This document shows positions 27,086 to 41,185 of a stretch of DNA of 64,000 nt, one piece after another. The number at the start of each line of letters is the position of its first letter. Positions within the stretch are counted from its first letter, which is position 1. Made by a program: the position numbers and the translations under genes. The DNA is from Lingula anatina (Eukaryota > Animalia > Brachiopoda). Location: assembly GCA_051362555.1 (NCBI GenBank), contig CM120649.1, positions 5,456,001 through 5,520,000 on the forward strand. The letters are read 5' to 3'. The notes under the pieces were generated by a model. It had not been told where the DNA came from and made no database searches. It worked only from the letters and a program-made list of their open reading frames with translations.

Positions 27086-28925
27086 GCGCCACAATAATGA
27101 ATATTGTTCTGGAATGATGCAACGGTCTTAAGAACTCAACTGAGAGGTAATTTTAAAACAACACTTTTGGCAAAGTACTAGTGGAATAAGCCTTTATTGT
27201 TTATTTATTTTCTCAATTAGGTTGAAACCTCTACTCACCCTCGAGTTGTCCATGGCGACGTGGAACTTCTCGTTGTTCACGTTGTACACGGTGATGTTGT
27301 CCTTCAGATCAACCTGAACCTTTTCTTCAACTTTCTTCCCCTGCTTGTCAGTCAAACGGATATGGTACTCCTTGAAGAAATAATGATAATAACTGGAAAA
27401 CCATATAAGGCAATGAGATTCGCTTTCGTGGACTATTTTCATACATTGGTATGTATTGGCATATAATGTTCCCCAACAACTTAAAAAAGAAACAAATATT
27501 TTGACACCCCTTGCAGTTGCAAGTATCCATGCATTTGCTCGCGGTGACGATATTTTTAAAGTACTTCTCTTTTCTGTCTGTATCAGATATGTTAATCAAT
27601 ATAATTTCGATTTTTCCCTTATTTAAGTGATCTTTTTAAGTCACTGAACGGACTTAATTTTCTTTTCTTTACGGCACCCGGGTCTGGAACATCAAGTGGA
27701 CCTAGTTGCTGAGATTGGCCGGACACAGTATACCCACCTTCCACACATCTTGTGCTGCCTTGTTAGACATGTGAACTGCTCCCAACGCTCCACCGACAGC
27801 AACAGCAACAACAACAACGACAGCAACAGCAACAATGATGTACTTCTTGTGCGACGCCTTGATCTGAAATCAAAAGTTTATGTATGATCTGCAATATATG
27901 AAATAAAGTATATCGAATGATAAACTTAGTCAGACATTGAGTAGCTTTCCAAATGCTTTCTGCATTGTGGCGTATTCTACTTACCTTTAAAAGCTGGTGA
28001 TGATATGTAAAAATGACATAATAGTAATACTTATGATTTTTAGACATTGTACAACAGGTTGAAAACGAAATTTAAAGATTCAAGAGGAGTTTTATCTGAG
28101 ATTCGTGACAATTTTAACATAGAAAACTACGCTGTTCGTTTTTCCGATTATTTATTTTAAGTATATAAATAAAAAAATGCCCCTTTATGAAGTTTATATA
28201 ACCAACGCTTCTGTTTATCACTATAGACCGCATCTAAAAAACTTTGTTGCCGACATGGCAGAAATTACATATATAGTTATTATTTTTCATTTCATTTCCA
28301 CAATGTTCTTATGTTTATTTAGATTGTGTTAGAGAAGAAACTACTAACACTAACACGTGGTCAACTGTATAAAAGGCAATGTCGCATGTGCTCTGTAAAG
28401 ATTGATTTTTTTTGATAAGATCACATAAATTATGTTATTTAGTAAACTTGGTTTATTTATCTCGATATTTCAATTTATTGTTATTATTATATATTTTTTT
28501 TCTTTTAATAGTTTTCACCAGTTTCTGTTCAGAACAATTCTGTTCACACTGCGTGAATAAACAGCAGTCATATCCAACGATGTTTCTTCGTTTTTACTCG
28601 TGATCCGCTATAAACTTTTTAATAATTTCACTCACAAAATCTGAATTTAAACATCGTAAAATGTTCAGACCAAAGCATCGTCGTTCTTTAAACTATTCAA
28701 GATAAAAATACATGTGTGCACCACATTATGCAGCTGTTTTACAGCTTAGCATGGTTACACACCTCTGACATCCCCTGTATACTTAGGCTAAAAAAAAAAA
28801 ACTCCTGGCCTAAACATCTTCAAAGTAGATACACTTACCTCGGCGCTGTCACGTCGAGAGGACCCACCATCTGTGATGACAGTCACGCCGGATTCGACAG
28901 ACTTTTCGCTGACTGTTGGCAGCAT
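25830..28925 (-). CDS. BRICHOS-domain precursor G3 (269 aa); predicted mature peptide [42 protein letters not shown] (42 aa, 10 Cys)
   Basis: Exons 28925-28839, 27863-27738, 27370-27239, 26608-26495, 26347-26146, 25978-25830; GT-AG, open frame, RQKR site. The TATA position reads CATAAAA. Confidence 0.92.
27023..27082. repeat. (TA)n microsatellite
   Basis: Direct reading; another lies at 48331-48408. Confidence 0.95.
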
Positions 28926-31142
28926 CTTGCAAAAATCAGGTACCAAACAATGTCTTCCTTCTCCAGGCAGAGGGAGACCGCCGTCTGATCCGTGTTGAGA
29001 GCACATCCCTTTTTATGGACCCGATCTTTTTTGAAAATTCGCCACACGTAATCTGGTTTTTACGTAAGAGGAAAAACGTCTTCCAAGAAAATAAAGCCAT
29101 TTCCGTTTGTTTATTGACCTCAAAATTGCGAACCTTGTTTTTACGAGAAAAAAAAGTTGCATACGATGATGAGGGCGTATGTCAAGTCAAAGACAGCTTT
29201 CGTTTAGGTTGCACTTTATAAGATGCTTTCAATGCTCCAGGCTAAAAATAAACACCCGGGTATGGGGGGGGGGGGGGGGGGGTTATAAACTGCAATAACC
29301 AGACATATTACTCTGGAAATGGTATTCACATTCTAAGAGCCGATCACACCGGAAATACGACCCAGACCATGTCTTTCATTCAGGTAGGCCTATCCAAAAT
29401 GAAGCCGACGACGTCATTCTATTCATATTTACACAATAATCAATAATATTTTCACAATCTGTTATAATTATTAAGAGGGCATTCACAACAAATGATCCCC
29501 GGATCCTCTGAGCCGTGGATCAAATATGGCGGACCCTGCATGGAAGAAGAACCGATAGATTTATCGGCAATTTCTCTTCCCGCCTCCACACTCGCCGACC
29601 TTGCAGGGATCTATCAACTAAATTTCGGACTTCGGAGGCAGAACTTATGTCGGAGATCGTTACTGGCGGAAATAAATACTATTATTAGAAGCAGGAATCA
29701 ATATCAGGGTAACGATGTAAGATATTTGTTATTACGAAGTGAAAACGGCGATAAAAGAAAATAGTAGCTACAAAATTTGTTCCAAAAGTCTCATGTAGAT
29801 ATATGAAAAATCATCATCACCCTTCAAATTTGCTTGTACTTGTAGGAATATATATATATATATTCTCGCTTTCGCTGCTCGCTTTCGTTTCCACATGTTG
29901 ACTGCTTGCTCTCCGTAAGATTTATGGCACGTATCGCTGTGACTGCACTGTTCAAGTGTCTGCGTATCATGTGACACCACAGTTGCTCCGCCCATCCCAT
30001 ATAGCAACTGAATCTACAGTAATTATTCACCTTGGGGAATTAAAAAAACATACGGGATTGTAAACGCTTATGTCTTATTTTTCAATAGGCAAAATGTTCA
30101 ATACATTATTGGAAAAAAAATGAACAAAAAACTTCTTTCTTGGTATTTTGATGATCATAAACAATGTCCATGGAATCTTGTGTAAAAATAATGATCTTTG
30201 CACAAGGTGCACGTTTACATTATTATATTGATGAGGGTCTTAAGTCAAAACAACCCGTGTTGTTTTTAATGCCTTTAGAATAAAATGACGATGAACAAAA
30301 TATTAAACAACACTTTATGTCTTTTTAAGTATCTGATTAATCATACTACACGCACTCCTCGTGAAATTTAAACAAATTTCCATGGATGAGAGACTACCGG
30401 TGAAAATATGCCTTCCACGAAAACTGAAAAATATATTTTGCGGTTTCATTTAACGCACGAGTGTGCATAATTTTGTCGTTTACAAATGAAGAACGTTTAG
30501 ACTGTCACGTGCTAAACAGATGTATTTCCTGAAAAACTGTATTAGCTATGTAAATGCACTCTAAAACGTGATAACTATGATTATGACAAGTTGAAGAGAG
30601 AGAGAGAGAGAGACATATTGTCTCTTTGCATTAATCTTACATTATTTTTCATGAAATGCCATACATTTGCACTTACATTTTACATTTTATATCACTCTCC
30701 ACCTTTTTGGAATAATCACGGGGTAACCATTTTCGAAATACGCCATGTGGGCGTGGCCCGATGTAAATTACAAGAACACGTTTTTCAATTTGGATGCTTT
30801 CATGGCTACATAACACACGTAAGGAAATGAAGACATAAAAATTCCAGTTCAGCAACATGTGGTGTCTTTCGATACGACTTTCATACAGTTAACACAAATA
30901 TAAAATAATGACAATCAGTAACTGTCATAGCTTTTATTTGATTCAGTGTCGCGCGTGTTTAAGTCCCCACAGTCTAGATCTACTTAAGGAATGGCTCTGT
31001 ATATAAGCGTGTGGATGAATGTTTGTGTGCGTGCATGCGTGTGCGTGTATATGTGTGCATGTGCACCTGTGTGTGTGCGTGTGTGTTTGTGTATGTGTGT
31101 GATATAAGCCACACGCTTTCTTTTCTTGGTTGACAACTCGGC

Positions 31143-31195
31143 ATTTGACATCTGTAACACTAACCATAATAGTATCTGTAAAAGCAAAACGGGGC
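31143..31195 (-). pseudogene. Orphan relic of a peptide exon (FCFYRYYYG*CYRCQ)
   Basis: Similar to the G7 peptide C-half (YCFYRYYRLCYRCY). In-frame TAG at 31160-31162; no RQKR or upstream exons. Confidence 0.7.
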
Positions 31196-31217
31196 CATCA
31201 TACATTTAACACAGGAG

Positions 31218-31255
<38 letters not shown>

Positions 31256-32132
31256 TGTTATTATTTTATTTAAAAATAAAAGTCGCCGTACTATAATGGT
31301 GGCGAGAGACTGAAACCTGTGAAAGTACAAAAATGTTTCTTGCTCTCTACTTCATTTGAGGTACAATGTATGCATAATCGCTCATTCAGTGATGTAAAGA
31401 ATACCTGTAATGCCCGTTTTCCACCCTCAGGGGTGCGCTTCCACAATGGAGACGACGAAAAACCTATATCATCGATTTCTCCATAAACTTTGGTACTACC
31501 TTAGCAAAAAGTAAGTGTTTTCTTTAATCTTCTATTTACTTTTCAAAAATAAAGCAAACATCAAGAAAAAAGCATCACTTAAAGATGCATCACATGTAAT
31601 AATCTATAGCTAGGATAATGAGATAATGATTTCACTGTTGTCGTGATAACAGTTAACATTCAAATATGCACACGTGGGCCTTATTAAAAACAAAACAGGG
31701 AAGCTGGTTAAGAACTTCGGAAGAAATTTTCTAAAAAAAACATTCTGTATTTGTACCATGTGGTCCTAACATCCTTTACATGATTTACCTTTTAAGCATA
31801 ATTTCAGAGAGAATGAAACTTATTTTCGACCATTTATACCATCATTCACATACATAAGAAATCCTGTAAAATAGCACACCTTATCAAATGTCAGCACCTG
31901 ACAGTCCAGCTCCTTTACTCATATTTCGAATATGAATAAAAAAATAAATATAATTCTCACTAAAAGATGCATAACTTACAGTAATCGAGGATAAATGATC
32001 TGCAATTGTTATGGTTCTGATATATTCTTGAATACACACGTGGATTTTTTGAAGTCACTTGATTATTTAATTACACTTCGCAAAAATTCTTGTGATAAAC
32101 GGACATTTCACCACGAAGTTTATGAACCCCAG

Positions 32133-34053
32133 CTAGTAGCATCTCTTACAGTAACCACGAGTGATTCTATAAAAACAATACCGACGAGAACCAATCCTGA
32201 AACAAATGCGTTGAATCCTTATGCAACGGTACCAAGAGCAAGCTCGCTTTTGGCGAATACCTCCTGAAATAAAATAAAATAGAATAGAATAGAATTTAAT
32301 GTCCTGTACATTCTATATACAGAGTATTTACCTACATTTTTACTGTTGTAGGTATTGCATCGCGTTATGGTAAAGATTACAGAGATTTATACTGTGCGTA
32401 CCTGCCGGGGTTCGGGTGCTGACGCCATCTACGTCCTTCTGAGAGAGCCAGTATGCCTCCAGATTCCTGCAGAATTCCTGCATCCTGGGACTTAGGATGG
32501 ACTTGTCTTTGATCGGGGAAGTATTCACCTCGAAGCTTTTTTGGTCATCATCATCTTCTACATCATCTGTCGTGTTCTGGACGGTGTTCTAAAATAATAA
32601 CTGTACAGGTAATGTCTCAAAAGACTATTTCATGCCTTGCATTATTGTCATGTGTTTAAAATTTATATTTTGAAACACAGTCAATACCATCCTTTATGTA
32701 CAGAAGTAAACAAAAAGACTGAATAAATATAAAGTTAGTCGTACCGGTTGTTCCAAAGCGTTGGCCACGTCCTTGCTGTCAGTCTCTTCATATTTGTTCA
32801 TTGGAGTCAAGTAACAAGCAAACTTGTTGTTCATTTCCATCTTGTATACTACCAGACTCTTGAAATCAAAGGGGCAATTCACTTTTGTTAAATATGATGG
32901 AATATTCCCACAAAATATTACATCTCTACGATTCTAATAAGTTCTACTTAGATATAATGTACAATGCAACTAGCTCGGCAGTGCTTTATCATATTTTCAT
33001 GTTTTTCCTTGAAATTACGGTACATTATTATTATTTTTTTTTTGTTTGTTTAGGTCCCTTCTGGGGATCTGTCATAAATATGTCAACAATTTGTAGGCAA
33101 AGCAAATGCATTGTTCAAGTGAATGAGCCATCCAAAAGTAATGCGTTGCCACTAGGCACTTCATCACAGAGTAAATAATCAATGTAACTGCCACGAAGCC
33201 GGTGACGTCATAAATCCTTTACGTTGCTAACTCAGCCTGTTTGTTGATGTGTTACGGGCTGAGGTTACTCCACCCCACGCCAAGAGCCTAACTCAAATCT
33301 TCTCTGTAGAATGGTTTTTACATGTAGCCATCCCAACAGTGTCCCAACAGGGTATTTAACATTTCTAATCAACAATGTAAATTAGTAAACAACAACGGCT
33401 TGTTTTACTTGTACTGTGTCAAAAGGTAATTATAGTTTAGAACACCTAAGCTGAGATATATAGAATTTACTGAATTCAATGTGGTGACATTTCTAGATTT
33501 ATGTTTCAAGTCTTTTTAATTTTGCTGTATATTATTAATTTTATATATTAAGCAACTCACTAAATTAGCAAAGTGGGTTGACAAGCGGAGACTTAATGTA
33601 TTATATGTATCATCTTTATCATACTAGGTGTAACGACCACAGCAGCTAAACCATGGGTTGATCGTTTTTATTAATAATTTTCTAAATTCAGTTAAAACCT
33701 CTACTCACTCTAGAGTTGTCCATGGCGACGTGAAACTTTTCGTTGTTCACGTTGTACACGGTGATGTTGTCCTTCAGATCAACCTGGACATTTTCGTCAA
33801 CTTTCTTCCCTTGCTTGTCAGTTAAACGGAGATGGTACTCCTAAAGAGATATTTTATAGCGATGTTGATGATGAGAACTTTTGCTTTCATTGAAAATATT
33901 TTTGCGTTAAGTCCCATTGATTTTCTTTAAAAGCAGATCTATACTTATTGCTTTACAACTGATACCCTTTATGCGTAATAATTCTAACCTTTTTCTCCAG
34001 TGATCTGATTGTTTCATTTAATAATCAGTATAATTTTAGAACATCTTTACGAC

Positions 34054-34095
<42 letters not shown>

Positions 34096-34620
34096 TCTCT
34101 TTTTCTTTACTGTTGTAATATAGTAAACCCACCTTCCACACATCTTTGTTAGACATGTGAACTGCTCCCAATGTTCCACCGACAGCAACAGCAACAACAA
34201 CAATGACAGCAATAGCAACAATGATGTACTTCTTGTACGACGCCTTGATCTGAAATGTACCGAATTTAAGGATAATGGAACCCAAAGAACAGACCCAAAG
34301 TTAAAAAAATAATAATAATAAATTAAGGCAATTCAAAAGAATGAAAATATTACACGATATGTTTGTGCAATTGACATGACCTAAAGGTGATATTTGTTTT
34401 AGTATGGAATGGCCTTTCGAAAAGTAATTTCAATTTCTAGCCTTTACAGCTTAATATGGTTGCACACCCCTGTTACCCCCTGTATAAGGCTAAAAATTCC
34501 TGGTCTTAACATTTTCAAAGTAGAAACACTTACTTCGGCGCTGTCACGTCGAGAGGACCCACCATCTGTGATGACTGTCATGCCGGATTCGGCAGACTTT
34601 TCACTTACAGTTGGCAGCAT
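32133..34620 (-). CDS. BRICHOS-domain precursor G4 (255 aa); predicted mature peptide ACSWYRCIRIQRICFRIGSRRYCFYRITRGYCKRCY (36 aa, 6 Cys)
   Basis: Exons 34620-34534 (an extra in-frame ATG lies at 34623), 34249-34133 (3-codon deletion), 33840-33709, 32858-32745, 32588-32402, 32263-32133; GT-AG, open frame, RQKR, TATA at 34722-34730. Confidence 0.92.
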
Positions 34621-37600
34621 CATGAAAGTATATCAAAAATTTGTCTAGCAAGAAGCGGAGCAAGTATTCGTACTTTATCAGAACGATTGAGTTCGCCGTC
34701 TAATTTGTGTACTTTGCAGTCTTTTTTATAGCCGAGATCTTATTATAAATTCGCCATACATTTTTGATTTATGGACTGGAGGAAAAATGTCTTCCAAGAA
34801 GAAACCTATTTTTATCTGTTACCTGACAACAAAACATACGGGAAAAATGTGCATGTTATGAAAAGGGACAATTATCAAAACAAAAGGAATTTTAATTTAA
34901 AATTAAACGTTGTGTTTACGATATTTTAAAGATCTCACGTCATTAAGCGATCGTTCTTAAAAATGTGGAGAAGATTCATGAGGGTTGATCTTTTTTAAAT
35001 GTACCCCATCCGCTTTCCAAAATGGTGTAAAAAGGTATCAGCGTTTTTTTTCTTTTTTCTTTTTATTTCTTCTTTTCTTCTCCTTTACAAGTTACCTTCA
35101 ACAATCAAAAATGAATATGAAACTTTGTGAAGGATAGGATAAAATATGCCGATTACAATTAAGATACACTGCAAAAGGCAGTGAATTTCCTGTGCTTATA
35201 TATTGCATTGGCATTAAAAAGTTCGCAAGTGCCGGACGTAGGACAAAAACGCCCCACACCATTCCTTCAATCAAGGGACTGGTCTGAGACCGCCATGTTC
35301 AAGGGGAAACGTAAAGCGTTGGAACCTGGAAAGCTAAATCTTCTCGGCAACTAGCAACCTAAAAAAATGCGATAAAAGAACGTCGAGTATAAAAACCAAT
35401 CGTGATTTTCGTGATTGCATATAAAAACAAACAGTTCATTTTAATAAAATCATTTCACCTCGCGGGAGAAATAAAACCGTGTATACTCGTACGTGTAGCT
35501 CACTTTACACTTGGACCTCTCTTATAATGTCCATGCTTTACAGCTGGTCCCACAGTTGTGGTACATGTAGTTCGTATCTTAGGCTACCATGCTTGGTGAG
35601 GGTAGGCTGTTCAATCGCTCATTAAAGGTCTTTTTTATTCGACGCCTGAACCACTTCTCTTTGGCAAAGATCACACAACGTCTTAGTACCACATGAGTGA
35701 CTATAGTTTTAATACAGATTGCAGGTAAATACAGCAAAGTCACATGTATCACTTGTACTATGGAGTCCAGTGATTTTTATAAACAGTTTTGCCCCCCCCC
35801 CCACAAGCACATATATATATCTTTGCATTCACTGTTTTATTTTTTACCTTACATCGTTTACAACGTTTGAAAACTTTTTTGTAGTCATTATCTTGCATGT
35901 CCTTCGCATTGACTAGCTAATTGGCATCTAAGGGTAGAGAATGGTTTATGAACTGTCACTTTTTTTTTAATTTGTCAGACAGATTCTTTATGTAGTGGAG
36001 GGTTACACGTTTTTTTATTATTATTACTACCAACATGACAACTTCAGGATATGCTATAGCCTTCATATAACCGCCTAATACACAGTGCTCTCACGCTTTG
36101 TTCTACTTCATAACATTCAAATGGTTCGATAGCCATTGTGAAAGCCATGGAAATGATGTATGTTAATGGGTATGTGCCATAACATAATAAAGTATCTAGT
36201 TCGTTCAATATTCCATTATCTTTTGTGAAGGTGAATTGTACATGTAATTGACCGGAAATGACCTCTGACACTCAAAAGATACTAAGTAGTCCGTTATCGT
36301 CTGTGGGTGGAATATTGTTAGATATATGCGCCACGGTAAGTAAAGGTCATTAATTAAAATTAACTAAAAACCTATGACTGACATGTAACCTTCCGTATCT
36401 GTAACAATGATTAAATTCAGATTTAATCAAATAAGCAGTATCGATTTTTGTTGTAAGCTAAAGGAGTAACACCTTGATAGTAATTTGTTTTATTTAATAC
36501 TCAAAGAAATTGAATCATAACAACGAGAAAAAATACATTTTGGTAACAAAGCCATAAATTCATATTTTGGAATTGGTCATTTTTCTCTGCCTTGGGCTAG
36601 CTTTCCTTGAGTGACTTTAAAGTAACTGTCTTAAGTAAATATTCTTAAAAGTTGGCCAATTCGGAAAAGCCATAACAGGGCGTCATCCATGTAGGGGAAT
36701 TTAAAACGAAAACCGAAGGCCCTTCCATAATTTTAACTTTTCATAAATCTTGTGCTGTTTTGGACACCTTCCTCCTCAACTCATCCAGCGAGAATACCCC
36801 ATAAGTCAAGAAACTTGCTGATATTCACATATTGTGTAGTTTTTACAGGGACTAGTAAAAAACGAATGAATAAAAAAGACTTTTAATGAATTTAATGTAT
36901 CTCATCAATAAAGTGCCATTCCTTAGGTAATTTAAACCTCTATGAACACGGCAAAAAGGAGGAAAAATATGTTAGTGGTTCAATTTTACACCCCAAATAA
37001 AGACGTAAAGACTGCCAAAATGGCATGCAGTCAAGTGTAACGAAGGGTTGAAAGTAACGCCTCATACGTCGAAAACACATTTTATCTCTTTCGAAATCGT
37101 GATTTTTGAACTACCATTACAGGGTTCTAACATCGCTGAGTTACATATACGCTTTTTGTAAATAAATAAAATCCATTGAAAACAATGATAACAACTTAGC
37201 AAAAGGTCAGGCAGTGACTTTTATTCATTTTTCGAATACAAAGCAAACAACAAGGCAAAGGAAGCACAGCTAAAAGATCTATAACTAACAATTACCTAGA
37301 ATGATAATTTTAACTGTTGCCGACATAAGAGTAATCATACAAAATGCATACGTGAAACTTATTAATAACAAAACCGGGGCCCTGAGTAAGAACTGCGGAA
37401 GGGATTATCTTAAACACCATTCTGTACTAGTACCATTTTTACCATTTACTTATTTTAACCATCATATCAGAGGCAATGAAAAAAGTTTTACGCCGATTTT
37501 TAGCATATTTGTTTTTTGATTCCGTAAAAAGATGCAAATCTAAAAAAGAACATTTCACCAAAAACGTCAGACCCTGCTTAATCTTTTCGATTACAAACAA

Positions 37601-37974
37601 ATAGTAATAGAAGCTCTGCTAATAGAAGAATAACTAAATGATGCATAACTTTCAATTATCTGGGATACTGATTTCGCTGTTGTTGTTATGACAGTTTGCA
37701 CACAAAAAATGCATACATGGGTATTATTGAAAAACAAAACAAAACAAAACTGGGGTGGCTGATTGAGAACTCGGGCGGGTTTATCTGAAACGTCATTCTG
37801 TGCTAGCACCATGTGGTTCCTATTTCATATAAACTCATGTAACGGTGGATTAATCCTCTTTCATTTATGGTTCTAAAAATATACTTAGATACACACGGCC
37901 GCGGGAAGTTTTTAAAGCTGACTTATCACGCTTTGCAATAATCTTTCAGATAACCAAATGCTTCGCAGCAACGT

Positions 37975-39940
37975 TTATTTACCAAAGCATCTGTACCTAT
38001 AACAGTATCTAAAAACGTATGTATACCTATATCGGCAATACCACCGAAAACCGATCCTGACCCTAATGCATATCCTTATTCGAACCCGGCATATGTAGCG
38101 TATCCGGTAGCAAGCTCGCTTCTGGCGTTCACCTCCTGAAATATAATATAATATAATATAATATAATATAATATAATATAATATAATATAATATAATATA
38201 ATATAATATAATATAATCGAAACGGTGGGTAATGTTCTTAATGCCTTGTAGATTCTACATGTATAAGGTAAAAAGTGAATTTACTGCACGGTCATAGTTG
38301 TAAGTATTGTATCGGGTAATAGTTAGCATCAGATATTTATATCGTGCGTACCTGCAGGGGTTTGGGTGCTGGCGCCATCTACAGTGTTGCCGTCCTTCTG
38401 AGTTAGCCAGTATGCCTCCAGATTCCTGCAAAATTCCTTCATCCTGGGACTTAGGAAGGACTTGTTCTTGATCGGGGAGGTGTTGGCAACGAATTGTTTT
38501 TGTTCATTATCTTCATTTGTCGTATTTTCGACGGTGTTCTAAAAGCATGATGGTATAGGTTAGGTTACGGTTTTATTCATATATCTTGCACATGTTTAAA
38601 TGCCACTTTATATCTTTAAACACAATTAAAAGCATTGTGTATGTAAAGATATAAACACAGATTCAAAGTCCGAATTAATATGAAGTAAATCATACCGGTT
38701 GTTCCAAAGCGTTGGCCACGTCCTTGCTGTCAGTCTCTTCAGATTTGTTCATTGGAGTCAAGTAACAAGCAAACTTGTTGTTCATTTCCATCTTGTATAC
38801 TACCAGACTCTGAAAGGAAACCAACGGGACAATTCACTTTTGTTAAAAACGATGGAATATTCCCACAAAATATTGCATCTCTGTTATTCTAATAAGTTCA
38901 ACTAGCTCGGCAGTGCTTTATTATATTTTCATGTTCTACCTTCAAATTACAGTAAATTATGTTTTTGTTTGGTTCTTTCTGGCGACCTGTCATAAATTTG
39001 TCAGCAATTTGTTGGAAAAGTAAATGTCATGTTCAAGTGAATGAGCCAGTAAAGTGGAGAGAATACCAGAGCCATTCAAAGTAATGCTAGGCCACTAGGC
39101 ATTTCATCAGAGTTAGTAATTAATGTAGCTGCCACGAATCCGGTGACGTCATATATATCCTTTAAAGTGCTAACTCAGCCTGTTTGTTGATGTATCCCAG
39201 GGGATACACTCCACGCCAAAAGCCCAGCTTAGTTCTTCTCTGTAGAATGGTTTTTAGTGTAGCATCCCAACAGTGTCGTTCAAACAGTTGGTTTAACATT
39301 TCCACCACCCCCGCTACCCCCAGACCCCACAAAAAAGACCGACCAATTTTTTAGCTGCTATGGTGGTTATACCTAGTATGTTAAAGATGATAAATACAAT
39401 ACATTAAGTCTCCGATTGTCAACCCATTTTGCTAATTTAGTGAGTTGCTTATCTTTTTAGCATCTAAAATACAAAAACTAAAAAGACTTGACACATAAAT
39501 CTAGAAATGTCACCACATTGAATTCAGTAAATCCTGTACACCTCAGCTAAGGTGGTCTAAACGAGGTTTACCTTTTGACATAGTACAAGTAAAACAAGTC
39601 GTTGTTTATTATTTTTCTAAATTCAGTTTAAAATTCCACTCACTCTCGAGTTGTCCATGGCAACGTGGAACTTCTCGTTGTTCACGTTGTACACGGTGAT
39701 GTTGTCCTTCAGATCAACCTGAACCTTTTCGTCAACTTTTTTCCCTTGTTTGTCGGTTAAACGGAGATGGTACTCCTGAAAAAAAAGCAATGCCACTGGA
39801 AAACCATATAAGGCGATGGGGGTATATTGGCATATAGCGTTCCCGATAAGCTTAAAAAGAAACAGAAAAATTCGCGAGCCTTGCCATTGAGATTATCCAT
39901 ACACGTGCTCGCAAGTCTCTTCTCTGCCTGTGTCAGCTAG

Positions 39941-39985
<45 letters not shown>

Positions 39986-41185
39986 TTATTTTTCTATGGC
40001 GCATTCCATTAAAAATCTCAATGCGCCTTTCAACATTCACTTAAAAGAGCTAAATAACACAATATTAGTATAAGAACACATTACACATTTTTAAAGGACT
40101 AAGAACTAATTTAAAGAACCAATTATTTCATATTCTAAAATGATAAGAAACTAAAATGACAACATTTAAAGTTAATCATAAAATTACAGTACACCTTATT
40201 AAAAACTAAAATTAACTTTATTATAGTTACTGATAGGCTATTCTAAAAATATGAGTCTTCAAAAGCTTTTTAAAAGTATCTCATGTCCCCTGCTGCTCGT
40301 ATTTCAGAGGGTAAGGTGTTCCAAACTTTGGGTGCATATATAATATCATTAATCAATATAATTTAAAAATATTCGATTTTACCCTACTATAGCGATATAG
40401 TATACCCACCTTCCACACATCTTGTGCTGCCTTGTTAGAGATGTGAACTGCCCCCAATATTCCACCGATAGCAACAGCAACAACAACAACGACAGCAACA
40501 GCAACAATGATGTACTTCTTGTACGACGCCTTGATCTGAAATATATGAAGATAAAATTAATCAGACATTAATTGGCTTTCCAAATGTCCTCTTCTTTGTG
40601 CCGTATTTCATTAGCAATACGTACATTTAAAAGAAGGTGATGATCTGTAAAGCCTTTATAATATAATGATTTTTATACAATGTCTGCACAACAGGTTGAA
40701 AACGAAACTGACATATGTAAAGATTCCAGAACATCTATGTATATATGACTGAGATTCATGACAATTTAAACACAGAAAATAACACTGTTCGTTTTCCCAT
40801 GGTTTACCAGACTGAGTATAAATTTTAAAAAAGTGCACCTTTATAAAGTTAAAATATCATTTTTATATAAAGAGAATCTTGATGCTTTTAGTTAAATTAA
40901 CTTACAAAATCCGATTTAATCATTGCAAAATTTTCAGACCTAAGCATAGTCGTTCTTTAAACTATTAAAGATAAAAATACAGGTGTGCACCACATAATGC
41001 AGCTGTTTTACAGCTTAGCATGGTTGCACATCCCTGGTATCACCTGTAAAAGGCTAAAAAATTCCTGGCCTAAACATCTCCAAAGTGGATATACTTACCT
41101 CGGCCCTGTCACGTCGAGAGGATCCACTATCTGTGATGACAGTCACGCCGGATTCGGCAGACTTTTCGTCGACTGCTGGCAGCAT
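37975..41185 (-). CDS. BRICHOS-domain precursor G5 (268 aa); predicted mature peptide ACYRIRYICRVRIRICIRVRIGFRWYCRYRYTYVFRYCYRYRCFGK (46 aa, 6 Cys, GK amidation signal)
   Basis: Exons 41185-41099, 40535-40410, 39775-39644, 38809-38696, 38538-38352, 38135-37975; GT-AG, open frame, RQKR, TATA at 41271-41278. Confidence 0.92.
39947..40348 (-). mobile_element. 5'-truncated L2/CR1-type LINE 3' end in G5 intron 2
   Basis: YAPKVWNTLPSEIR motif, 3' stem-loop (GGCGCATT...AATGCGCC), (TTA)n tail and TTAAT target duplication; absent from the matching intron of G2. Confidence 0.75.

Noticed and set aside
36044-36271. Similar ORFs at 36044-36271 and 48809-49174 suggesting a conserved gene
   Set aside because: Similarity comes from the block duplication; the frames diverge after an indel and both lack an ATG start.
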